In this document: piece after piece, positions 21,501-28,585 of the stretch
How positions within the stretch are numbered: position 1 is the stretch's first letter
Layout: the number at the start of each line of letters is the position of its first letter
Notes under the pieces: generated by a model
Told to the model about the DNA's origin: nothing
The model's database searches: none
Seen by the model: the letters and a program-made list of their open reading frames with translations, nothing else
Sequence record: KJ019095.1
Strand: one strand, 5' to 3'
Length of the DNA stretch: 64,000 nucleotides
Made by a program: the position numbers and the translations under genes

Positions 21501-22774
21501 ATGTGGTTAGTATCACAGATATCCAACCAGATACAATTGGTAGCCCACTAACACAGAGAGTTGATGTTTCCTCTAGTAGTTTGACAATTCAGGACTCTTC
21601 CTCATTCTCCACCTTTGAGGGTATTACTACCAGTATTGGTTATGCTCTAGTTGGTGGTGAGATTATTGAATACTCCAACAGTGGTAGTGGTACTATTGGT
21701 ATTACTTCTAGAGGTGTAGATAATAGTATTATTTCTACTCATAACGCTGGTGAGAGAGTATTCAAGTATGAACTCAGTGGTGTATCACTAAGGCGTATCA
21801 ATAGGGAACATTTGATTCCTAATGATAGTCTCTTAGGTAATACTAGAGAGATTAATAACTTACCCATACAGATTAGTAGAAGTCCAAGAGTATCTGGTAG
21901 AGATCAATTGAGCTTCAATCAGGAACAGACCGCAGGTGGAGCATTTGGTAGATCCTCTCAAAACTATGAGTATACTAGAATCCTACCCAATCTAGCAGCC
22001 TTTGGTTTCGGTGATTCTACTAGTATTAGATCCGTAGCAAGAACCATATCAGGTACAAGTGCTGGTGGTTCTGAAGTATCTTTCCTAGATCAGGGAAGTA
22101 TACCTGTGAATCTAAACACCTGGAACACTTTCCCCAGTGTGAGAATGGTTGCTTCTCAGGTCAATGAGATTGAATATCTACAAGATCTTCCTAGACAGAA
22201 GTCGTTTACACTAGGGTTGACACTAACCAGTACAGATCCCAACCTCTCTCCAGTAGTTGATCTTCAACAGGTTAGTTTGATTACCTCTAGAAACTCCCTA
22301 AACAAACCAATCACCAACTACGCAGATGATTCAAGAGTTAACTTACTAGTAGGTGATCCTCACGCTTCTATCTATGTTTCACAGGTGATCAACTTAGAAA
22401 CACCAGCTACCTCACTTGAGGTCATCATTAGTGCTTATCGTGATGTATCAGCTGACTTCCGTGTTCTCTATAGGTTGTATGGTCCCAACTCCAATAACTC
22501 CACAGAACCAACTTGGGAGTTATTCCCTGGTTACACCAACATGCTAGATACTACTGGTGATGGTGTTGGTAATAGAATTATTGATCCTTCCAAGAACAAT
22601 GGTTTACCAAATGCAAGAGTTAGGGATAGTAACATTGGTGAAGTTCTAGAGTATGGTTACCACGTAGATGAGTTATCTGAGTTTTCTGGTTTCCAACTTA
22701 AGATTGTCTTTAGTGGAACCAATGAAGCAAGACCACCACTATTTACCGATATTAGAGCAATCGCGTTGGCTTAA
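15554..22774 (+). CDS. Large virion structural protein, VrlC/DUF4815-like (2406 aa)
   Basis: MSQINLDTSPYFDDF...YKVLFKPGFPVQARELTTLQSILQNQ, APGADRLKI, DNRRYTMRDIGKLEDRIENLE and DPLAQTF motifs. It follows gp8, as in cyanomyoviruses. Confidence 0.78.
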   Translation: MSQINLDTSPYFDDFDPSKDYYKVLFKPGFPVQARELTTLQSILQNQVSNFGKHLFKEGSMVIPGSITYNAKYESIVINKQQGGIDVSLYASRLVGKTIQGKTSGVTAKVINFLLPPNNGVTSPTIFVSYINSGSDAATTVFDNNEELISTSDIVYGNTTITAGTTFASTISTLSTAVGSAAQIRDGIYFIRGFFAQVRESVVILEPFSNTPSYRVGLQITEQVITAGQDNSLYDNAKGFNNFSAPGADRLKISTKLIKKPLDDYNDTNFVELLRVDNGEVKKIAENSDYNIIKDYLAQRTYEESGDYTLFGMGIKVAESLSDNLGNGGVYQFDQKTEQGGTPTDDLAVVKVSAGKAYVRGYDINNPGTVNLDINKPRTTENVEASSVPFEMGSKFFINNVTGTPVIGLDVNDNIVELYNGRVDGAGSSTGDLIGESRVYSYSLEDAPYTGPSTPWNLYLYDTQIFTKLTLNVDATGNILTSYKVRGLSSNATGYVRSVSTTEVVLTQVSGEFIRNEAISVNGKISSSLSVSLVDSYRNNDVRSISQASSSLDPNIEVDFSADTLQYSAIPTGFTASDSVTITTGGVVTCPGRIFDAFRVGDVIGYQKAGSEVITYNQVLSLNATNTSITVDAVANVAGVCDGTLPSSETRSGIRLYNSRLLNQEISQLYATLEERNISSVDLASSSLTFAKQINNLSTDASGVLTVNVSDLDVSGAVFEAFDQERYSIHYSNGTTQSLSSSQVTITSSTAEFTNLLPSQTTNVTLNCTAIKTGIKSKTKVLLRSQLLEVTKASSGISTVAQGLGQNDYYGLRVDDEEISLNVSDVTNIVAVYESLDDGTPTFDVLGFVNGLELDTRVAVGEQIKGDVSGAIARVVTVATPASVNIVYLTESTFEVGELVTFMESKIETNLQSITEGNYSNITNRFTLDKGQREQFYDYSRLVRNKNAKAPNKRILIIYDRFAVPVNDKGDFYTANSYSEEDFSKGVPMLAGGTLRASDTLDFRPRVAAFTSLNSSPFNYTSRDFGDNGNTVILVTKPSESMVLGYSYFVGRRDRIVLGSNGKFSVIEGTPAEFPTLPTIGDGVMELAQITYPPYLYYIEDVQIIEVDNRRYTMRDIGKLEDRIENLEEVTSLSLLERETESLQVLDEDGNDRFKSGFFADDFTNAEFIDNDYEDTNIDVEPATSSLVTRQLFSTIPLRAQLSESIDENIVDLSDNLPLVDTNLQKTGDIVTLSYVEVPWITQPLSSRTENVNPFNVILFNGSITLNPASDDFVITRQIPGNTQTIDVFGDGNSSNFDQTFVESVETAQWMRSRNIAFHGRGIKPFTQFYAFFDGTSGIDIIPKLIEITMTNGAFSVGERVVGTTGGRRIFAARVATPNHKEGTFNSPDRTFETNPYNRDAQLASSYSASSTVLNIDTNSLADITDSRFFGYITPGTRLVGQSSGAIADVTEVKLIADTFAELYGAIWLRDPYASPTPSFRLATGVRTLKLTSSTTNAQSTLGGTTISFAESNFQSSGLVQNRQTDTTVVTVRPLPPPPPPIIIDQTVTIVNNNTTVIDNTVTQNIDNTQTIIREVEVDDDDPLAQTFMVDETGAFLTSIDLFMATKSETDNLIVQVRTTELATPTNLLIQDFAEVVLSPDQVNVSEDGTAVTKVTFPSPIYLESGITYAVVLLAPTTDEYTSFIAVMGEENISGEIDPNLDLNATLPEGSTQSNSNIPGTAIISQQYLGGSLFKSQNGTIWTPTQFEDLKFTLNKAQFNQTPGTLFLNNPPLTETGILPPDPIETLPRKLKVSVSSNTYNFSEGDIISSVGSGATNTALVTGDLETLGGPLATLDVTDPGVGFIDGSYSSVTVYPITSSGSGAELNVTISGNVITAATVTTGGSGYRVGDTIGITTADVGAAGGDSVLTLDTIGDTDTLFLTNVQGEKMVITESIKVYDTVTESLRTTGVDITTESEVLNPMYNGSIFVANIPNHGMEADNNVVSITDIQPDTIGSPLTQRVDVSSSSLTIQDSSSFSTFEGITTSIGYALVGGEIIEYSNSGSGTIGITSRGVDNSIISTHNAGERVFKYELSGVSLRRINREHLIPNDSLLGNTREINNLPIQISRSPRVSGRDQLSFNQEQTAGGAFGRSSQNYEYTRILPNLAAFGFGDSTSIRSVARTISGTSAGGSEVSFLDQGSIPVNLNTWNTFPSVRMVASQVNEIEYLQDLPRQKSFTLGLTLTSTDPNLSPVVDLQQVSLITSRNSLNKPITNYADDSRVNLLVGDPHASIYVSQVINLETPATSLEVIISAYRDVSADFRVLYRLYGPNSNNSTEPTWELFPGYTNMLDTTGDGVGNRIIDPSKNNGLPNARVRDSNIGEVLEYGYHVDELSEFSGFQLKIVFSGTNEARPPLFTDIRAIALA

Positions 22775-22998
22775 TGGGAAAGAAAAGGGTACAGGGTTAC
22801 AATAACCTTTATCGTAACGAATCCGGTGCTATCGTTAATACCGATACCACTGGTTATGTTGCATACAAAAAGAAAAGAGATTCCTCCAAACTGAAACAGG
22901 ATCAAATTGAATCCTTAGGAACTCAGTTAGAGGAAGCAAAGAATGAGATCAATGAGCTCAAGGATCTGGTCAAACAGATGATTAATAAGAACGTCTAA
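22774..22998 (+). CDS. Conserved phage hypothetical protein with C-terminal coiled coil (74 aa)
   Basis: Overlaps the previous stop (TAATG). Contains RVQGYNNLYRNESGAIVNTD and the heptad-like ELKDLVKQMI. Confidence 0.7.
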   Translation: MGKKRVQGYNNLYRNESGAIVNTDTTGYVAYKKKRDSSKLKQDQIESLGTQLEEAKNEINELKDLVKQMINKNV

Positions 22999-23001
22999 AT
23001 A
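22994..23001 (+). promoter_or_regulatory. Late promoter variant TCTAAATA
   Basis: One mismatch to TATAAATA, just upstream of the 23026 ORF. Confidence 0.5.
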
Positions 23002-23025
23002 TTAGAGTAATACTAGCTAATTCTC

Positions 23026-23559
23026 ATGGCAAGTGCCTACGTATCAAATATAACTATTGATCAGGGTGCTGACTTTTCTGCTTATTTCACATTAGATGAT
23101 GCTGGAACCTCGGTTCCTATCAATCTAACTAGATTTACTGCATATGGGCAACTTAGGAAACATCCTACTGCCCCTTTTGGTGTGCAGTTTGATATTAAGA
23201 TCGCTAAGCCAAAAACTGGCGAGATTATTATCTCATTGAACTCAGCACAGACCTCCGCTTTAGATGAGGGTCGTTATGTATATGATGTATATCTCAGAAG
23301 CACCACGAACGCTAAAGTGTATCGTGTTGTGGAGGGAATGGCACTAGTTAACCCCGGTGTAACCGACATGCAAACTGGAATTATCCCACCATCATACCCA
23401 CCCGTCGCTATCGGACCAACTCCACCCGCAGATCCCATCGAAGGGAATCTCTGGTGGAACTCTGAAGATGGGCGTATGTATATCTACTATATTGATAAAG
23501 ACTCAGCACAGTGGGTACAGACCAATCCAAGTAGTAAAGACACAGAGAGGACTAACTGA
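23026..23559 (+). CDS. Virion structural/adaptor protein (BppU-like N-terminal domain plus an LWWNS...QWV fibre-type module)
   Basis: ITIDQGADFS...GRYVYDV...RVVEGMALVNPGVT, then a Pro-rich linker and GNLWWNSEDGRMYIYYIDKDSAQWV. Confidence 0.6.
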   Translation: MASAYVSNITIDQGADFSAYFTLDDAGTSVPINLTRFTAYGQLRKHPTAPFGVQFDIKIAKPKTGEIIISLNSAQTSALDEGRYVYDVYLRSTTNAKVYRVVEGMALVNPGVTDMQTGIIPPSYPPVAIGPTPPADPIEGNLWWNSEDGRMYIYYIDKDSAQWVQTNPSSKDTERTN

Positions 23560-23816
23560 TGGCAAACTTACTCGATCAAATCGGTCAGAGAAATGTTGTT
23601 AGGGTAGTATCCCAAGGTGTCCCAGCAACATTATCTGGACTTTCAGATACAGACTTTAGTGGTATTGGTACTGGAATGGTACCAGTATGGGATGGTGATG
23701 CTTTCACACCAATAGTAGGAGGTGCCAACCAAAGTGTCTCCAATATCATTCTAACGACAAACCCAGTCACACACGCAACTGCATGGACTGATACTATTGA
23801 TGGTGGATTCTTCTAA
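23559..23816 (+). CDS. Hypothetical structural protein (85 aa)
   Basis: Translationally coupled on both sides (TGATG, TAATG). Ends in IDGGFF, a terminus typical of cyanophage tail-associated proteins. Confidence 0.6.
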   Translation: MANLLDQIGQRNVVRVVSQGVPATLSGLSDTDFSGIGTGMVPVWDGDAFTPIVGGANQSVSNIILTTNPVTHATAWTDTIDGGFF

Positions 23817-24709
23817 TGGCAAAACCTCACACACGACAAGAACTTGTCAATTATGGATTGAGGCAGTTGGGCGCTCCAGTTCTAGAGATTAATATTGCAG
23901 ATGAGCAAATTGATGATCTACTAGACGATACTATCCAACACTTCCAAGAAAGGCACTACGATGGTGTTGTTAGAACATATCTAAAGTATGAACTAACAAA
24001 AGAAGATATTGCACGCGGTGGTGACATCAATCCAATGGTGAATCCAGGTATCACTACAGTAGGACCAGTAACATATCCAAACCCACCCAAACAAGTAGAA
24101 GACAGGTACATAGAGAACTCCAATTGGATTCATCTACCTGATTATGTTATCGGTGTTGAGAAGGTCTATGTACCCCGAGAAGCGACTGGTGGTGTAGGTG
24201 GATATATAAACCTGATTGGTCCCGATGGGGGTCTTGGAGGAGGTTGTGGCGGTGGCGGACTCGGTGGTGGTGGTCTAGCCGGTATGGGTTATCTTGGTGG
24301 TGGAGATATAATTTCATATTTTATGGCTAAGCAATGGATGGCAACATATGACTATATGTTCAACCCAGACGCTGCTATTCGGTTCAATAAGAGAATGGAT
24401 CGTCTATATCTTGACATCAACTGGCGTCGCCTAACAGCAGGTGAGCTTATTGTTGTTGATTGCTACAGAGCACTTGATCCTGAACAATTTGTAGAAGTCT
24501 ACAATGATAGTTGGGTGAAGAAGTGGTTTACTGCTCTATTGAAAAAGCAATGGGGTCAGAACCTAATGAAGTTCAAAGGAACTAGACTTGCTGGTGGCAT
24601 TGAGATGAATGGTAGAGAAATCTACGATGAAGGTGTCAAAGAACTTGAGATCATTAAGAATGATATGTCTAGTCATTATGAACTTCCTCCATTGGATATG
24701 ATTGGTTAA
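23816..24709 (+). CDS. gp13: Neck protein gp13
   Basis: MAKPHTRQELVNYGLRQLGAPVLEINIADEQIDD, WVKKWFTALLKKQWGQNLMKF and YELPPLDMIG. Confidence 0.92.
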   Translation: MAKPHTRQELVNYGLRQLGAPVLEINIADEQIDDLLDDTIQHFQERHYDGVVRTYLKYELTKEDIARGGDINPMVNPGITTVGPVTYPNPPKQVEDRYIENSNWIHLPDYVIGVEKVYVPREATGGVGGYINLIGPDGGLGGGCGGGGLGGGGLAGMGYLGGGDIISYFMAKQWMATYDYMFNPDAAIRFNKRMDRLYLDINWRRLTAGELIVVDCYRALDPEQFVEVYNDSWVKKWFTALLKKQWGQNLMKFKGTRLAGGIEMNGREIYDEGVKELEIIKNDMSSHYELPPLDMIG

Positions 24710-24714
24710 GTAAA

Positions 24715-26193
24715 ATGGTTGTTAATCCCTTTTTCCTACATGGTTCCACTCAGGAACAAAACCTGATGCAGAATCTGGTCAATGAACAGATTCAAATGTA
24801 CGGGATCGATGTATATTACATCCCTCGTACATTTATTAGGGATGCGACCATCATGCGGGAGGTCACTTCCTCTGCATTTCGATCATACTTTGTTCTAGAA
24901 GCATACCTAGAGAACTTTGATGGATATGGTGGTCAAGGAGACCTCATGTCCAAGTTTGGTATTCAAGTCAAAGATGAAGTTACACTTACTATCTCTAGGG
25001 ATAGGTATGAGAATTATATTGCCCCATTCCTGAACTCCAGGATGTTGTATTTGATGGACTCACCCCAAGATGATGGGCAAATGATGACCATCCAGAGACC
25101 CAAGGAGGGGGATCTAATCTACTTCCCACTGGGTAGAAGACTATTTGAGATTAAGTTTGTAGAGCATGAGAAACCCTTCTATCAGTTAGGTAAGGGATAT
25201 GTTTATGAACTTCAGTGCGAACTATTTGAGTATGAAGATGAAGTCCTCGATACAAGTGTCGATGAGATCGATAGTACTCTACTTAATAAGGGTTATATTA
25301 CAACTATTAACCTTGTCCCCGTTAGTAACAGAGCTGTTGTTACACCCAAAACTGGCACTGGATACATCACAGAACTAACTATCTTCAATGAGGGTAGTGG
25401 ATATAAGTCACCACCTAGTATTGTTATTGATCCACCACAACTGGGAACAGATCCTAGTGTTGTTGCACTACTCACTAGACCAGATTCTAGTACCCCTGAA
25501 CCTGCCATCAAACAGGTTGTAGTATTTAATAGTGGTTCTGGATATGTGGAACCACCTAGTGTTATTGCAGTTGGTGGTGAAGGAGAGGGTTCTATTATTA
25601 GAGCAGGTATCAATAGCCTATCTGATGGTATTATTGATTTTGTTGTATCTGAGAAGGGTGCTGGTTATCCAGAAGATGTGGATATCATTGTATATGATGA
25701 TGACAATAATATTGTGGCACAGGGTAGGGGGCTATCTGATGGTGATCAGATTGTATCTGCTATTATCACAAACCCAGGAAAAGACCTACCATCCAGTGTG
25801 AGGGCTATTGTGGCAAAACCAGCAGATGAGGGTGATGGTGTCTTTGTCTACAATGAGATTGTAGTGGGACAACAGTCCGGTATGAGAGCGAGAGTTCGTG
25901 GATGGGATCAACCCAATTACCAACTACATATCACTAACTTAGATCCCACTCAGAAGTCTATTAACTTCCAAGCAGGTGAGACTATTGTTGGTGAAACCAG
26001 TGGTGCCAAGTATTCTCTCAAGAACTTTGTGGATACACAATCCAAAGCAGACTTCTACTCCGATAACGATAATATTGGAAATGAGGGTGAGGANATTGTG
26101 AATACNGATGACGAATATAACCANTTCTTTGATACTAATAGNAACTACTTTAACCCTGATTTCAGTAACAACGATCCCTTCGGTGAACAGTAA
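24715..26193 (+). CDS. gp14: Neck protein gp14, extended form, containing 4 ambiguous bases
   Basis: NPFFLHGSTQEQNLMQNLVNEQIQMYGIDVYYIPR, RPKEGDLIYFP and FYQLGKGYVYELQCELFEY. Confidence 0.9.
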   Translation: MVVNPFFLHGSTQEQNLMQNLVNEQIQMYGIDVYYIPRTFIRDATIMREVTSSAFRSYFVLEAYLENFDGYGGQGDLMSKFGIQVKDEVTLTISRDRYENYIAPFLNSRMLYLMDSPQDDGQMMTIQRPKEGDLIYFPLGRRLFEIKFVEHEKPFYQLGKGYVYELQCELFEYEDEVLDTSVDEIDSTLLNKGYITTINLVPVSNRAVVTPKTGTGYITELTIFNEGSGYKSPPSIVIDPPQLGTDPSVVALLTRPDSSTPEPAIKQVVVFNSGSGYVEPPSVIAVGGEGEGSIIRAGINSLSDGIIDFVVSEKGAGYPEDVDIIVYDDDNNIVAQGRGLSDGDQIVSAIITNPGKDLPSSVRAIVAKPADEGDGVFVYNEIVVGQQSGMRARVRGWDQPNYQLHITNLDPTQKSINFQAGETIVGETSGAKYSLKNFVDTQSKADFYSDNDNIGNEGEXIVNXDDEYNXFFDTNXNYFNPDFSNNDPFGEQ

Positions 26194-26200
26194 CTAAATA
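26193..26200 (+). promoter_or_regulatory. Late promoter variant ACTAAATA upstream of gp15
   Basis: CTAAATA core in the intergenic gap. Confidence 0.5.
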
Positions 26201-26228
26201 ACTTATCTAGTTATTATCATTAATACCC

Positions 26229-27029
26229 GTGGGTGAATATTTTTATCATGAGATCATCAAGAGAACTGTTGTCGGTTTCGGCAATCTCTTCAATGGTCTT
26301 ACTATCCAAAAGGTAGACAAGAAGCAAAACGTCATTAACGTGATGAAGGTGCCTCTTGCATATGGTCCTACCCAGAAGTTTCTGGCAAAGATTACTCAGC
26401 AGGGTGAGTTAAATCAACCTACTGAGATTACTTTACCACGTATGTCTTTTGAGATGAACTCTCTTGCATATGATGGATCGCGGAAGACCGCACCCACTCA
26501 GATGTTTAAGACACTAGATAACGGGGAGACACTTAAAAAGGTTTATCTTCCAGTTCCATATAATATTGGTTTTGAACTTAATATTATGACCAAGTTGAAT
26601 GAGGATGCTCTACAACTTGTCGAACAAATTCTTCCATATTTCCAACCTTCCTTTAATATTACTGTCGATCTAGTTGATCAGATTGGTGAGAAGAGAGATA
26701 TCCCTGTGGTACTTGACTCCATCAACTTCACTGACGACTATGAGGGAGACTTCACAGGTAGACGTATTCTAATCTATACTCTATCATTCACTGCCAAATC
26801 CTACATGTTTGGACCTGTCAGTGAATCTGGGGATGGTCTTATTCGTAAGGTTCAGGTTGATTATCATACTTCAACCGAGAGGGATTCACCTCGTGAGGTT
26901 CGTTACACAGCCACACCAGACCCAGTTGATGCCGAACCCACTGATGACTTTGGGTTTAGTGAAGAAACTGTAGTATACTTTGATTCTAAAGTATACAGTC
27001 CAACTCAAGGTGAGGATTACACTCCATGA
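26229..27029 (+). CDS. gp15: Tail sheath stabilizer/terminator gp15 (GTG start)
   Basis: YFYHEIIKRTVVGFGNLFN, VPLAYGPTQKFLA, LPRMSFEM and LQLVEQILPYFQP. Confidence 0.92.
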   Translation: MGEYFYHEIIKRTVVGFGNLFNGLTIQKVDKKQNVINVMKVPLAYGPTQKFLAKITQQGELNQPTEITLPRMSFEMNSLAYDGSRKTAPTQMFKTLDNGETLKKVYLPVPYNIGFELNIMTKLNEDALQLVEQILPYFQPSFNITVDLVDQIGEKRDIPVVLDSINFTDDYEGDFTGRRILIYTLSFTAKSYMFGPVSESGDGLIRKVQVDYHTSTERDSPREVRYTATPDPVDAEPTDDFGFSEETVVYFDSKVYSPTQGEDYTP

Positions 27030-27451
27030 GCTTTGAATCAATAGATGATGCACTGGATATTGAATCCAGTATTGTGAAAAAAGAAGAAGAGGTGGAGGTT
27101 ACTCCTACCAATTCTAAAGAGAAACCATCTACTCCCCAAACTGAACAAGATTACAACTATAGTAGGGGACAACTCTATTCTCTCATTGAGAAGGGACAAG
27201 AGGCGGTTAACAACGCATTAGAACTCGCCAACGAAGGTTCTAGTGCTAGATCATATGAGGTTGTTGGTGGTCTTATTAAGAATGTCGCAGACGTTACTGA
27301 TAAACTACTAGATCTCCAAAAGAAGGTTAAGGATCTGGATGAAATTTCAGTTACTAATAACCAAACCAATGTAACCAACAATTCGGTATTCGTCGGATCA
27401 ACTACTGAACTCCAGAAGATGTTGAAAGAAGGATTGTTGAATAACGATTAA
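27026..27451 (+). CDS. gp16: Terminase small subunit gp16
   Basis: DYNYSRGQLYSLIEKGQEA, ARSYEVVGGLIK and NNSVFVGSTTELQKML. Confidence 0.9.
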   Translation: MSFESIDDALDIESSIVKKEEEVEVTPTNSKEKPSTPQTEQDYNYSRGQLYSLIEKGQEAVNNALELANEGSSARSYEVVGGLIKNVADVTDKLLDLQKKVKDLDEISVTNNQTNVTNNSVFVGSTTELQKMLKEGLLNND

Positions 27452-27456
27452 CTACT

Positions 27457-27870
27457 ATGGCTTACGAAGAAGAAAATCAGTGTAACTCTACACCTGAGGG
27501 TGAAGATTGCCCTAAGCACAAGAAGAAGTGCTGCAATTCTGAGGAAAAGAAACGCAAAAAGGGGATGTACGGTCTCCAGGATGAGGATAGTGAAGGCGAT
27601 GAGTCCTCACAAGAGAATGGTGGCATGCCTCAGGATAGTGCCAATGAGGAAAGACAACTTAACCCAGACACTGACCTGAAGGACATGTCCAGTGATAGTA
27701 AGAAGAGGGCTATGGATTCTTTCCGTGAAAGAAGTTCTGAAGCTAAGAAAAGAAAATCAGATAAAGATAAGAAGGATGAATTGGCAACTGAACGCATGAC
27801 AAAGGGCATAAGGTTCTTTGACAAACAGGGTTCAGGTTATATTAAAAAAGGTAAAAAGAGTTACGACTAA
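27457..27870 (+). CDS. Hypothetical highly charged protein with a Cys/His motif (137 aa)
   Basis: CNSTPEGEDCPKHKKKCC, acidic and basic tracts, and phage-like codon usage. Confidence 0.65.
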   Translation: MAYEEENQCNSTPEGEDCPKHKKKCCNSEEKKRKKGMYGLQDEDSEGDESSQENGGMPQDSANEERQLNPDTDLKDMSSDSKKRAMDSFRERSSEAKKRKSDKDKKDELATERMTKGIRFFDKQGSGYIKKGKKSYD

Positions 27871-27872
27871 CC

Positions 27873-28484
27873 ATGACACTAATTAACGAACATAATCTTG
27901 GAGCTTGGAAAGCTTTAAACCCCCAAGACAAAAGACTACAAGCATTAACACTCTCAGAACTATTGGAGAATGCCGATCCAACTAGCGTAGATTTCAGTAG
28001 TATTACCTTTAAGGGTCGTACAGACGGTCTACTCGGAGATGGTCTCGATTGTGCTGAAAGTATTGGTTTTGTTGTATTTGATTGTGTATGTCTGTTCCTA
28101 GGAGCAGCAACACTAAGAGCTTCAGCCACTGCTGAGGTAGCCGAAGATATGGCTAAAGCTGCAGAACCTGTTGTTAACCAACTAACACAGTATATTAGAA
28201 CCATTTCTGATTCAGCATCATCAACATATGATGTTGCTTATGCTGTGTTTAAGGTAATCTCTACCATCTACAGTGGAGGTGCTTTAGGTGCTGTTTGTGG
28301 TGTGTTCTTCACGTCCCTAACTTGGTACAACGCTATTCTCTATGGAATGACTGCTGTTGGTACTATTATGGCTGCTTTGGCAACTGATGGTGCTGCTGAA
28401 ATTGGTATTATTGTTGTGGAAATAGCAACAGCTGGTTTCCTAATTTCCGACAGTGTTGCCTGCTCTAAAGCATGCAACTACTGA
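27873..28484 (+). CDS. Hypothetical multi-helix hydrophobic protein (203 aa)
   Basis: Fills the gap between neighbours exactly. It has 3-4 long hydrophobic segments and no signal peptide. Confidence 0.7.
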   Translation: MTLINEHNLGAWKALNPQDKRLQALTLSELLENADPTSVDFSSITFKGRTDGLLGDGLDCAESIGFVVFDCVCLFLGAATLRASATAEVAEDMAKAAEPVVNQLTQYIRTISDSASSTYDVAYAVFKVISTIYSGGALGAVCGVFFTSLTWYNAILYGMTAVGTIMAALATDGAAEIGIIVVEIATAGFLISDSVACSKACNY

Positions 28485-28487
28485 GTT

Positions 28488-28495
28488 GCTAAATA
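28488..28495 (+). promoter_or_regulatory. Late promoter variant GCTAAATA upstream of the 936-aa ORF
   Basis: CTAAATA core right after the previous stop codon. Confidence 0.5.
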
Positions 28496-28585
28496 TATCT
28501 GAAAGGCAATCTAGTCGTGGGCGGTATTTTAATATCGTTAACAATTGTCCATTGAAGCCTTTCCCACATTTACGGTTCAATAGAT

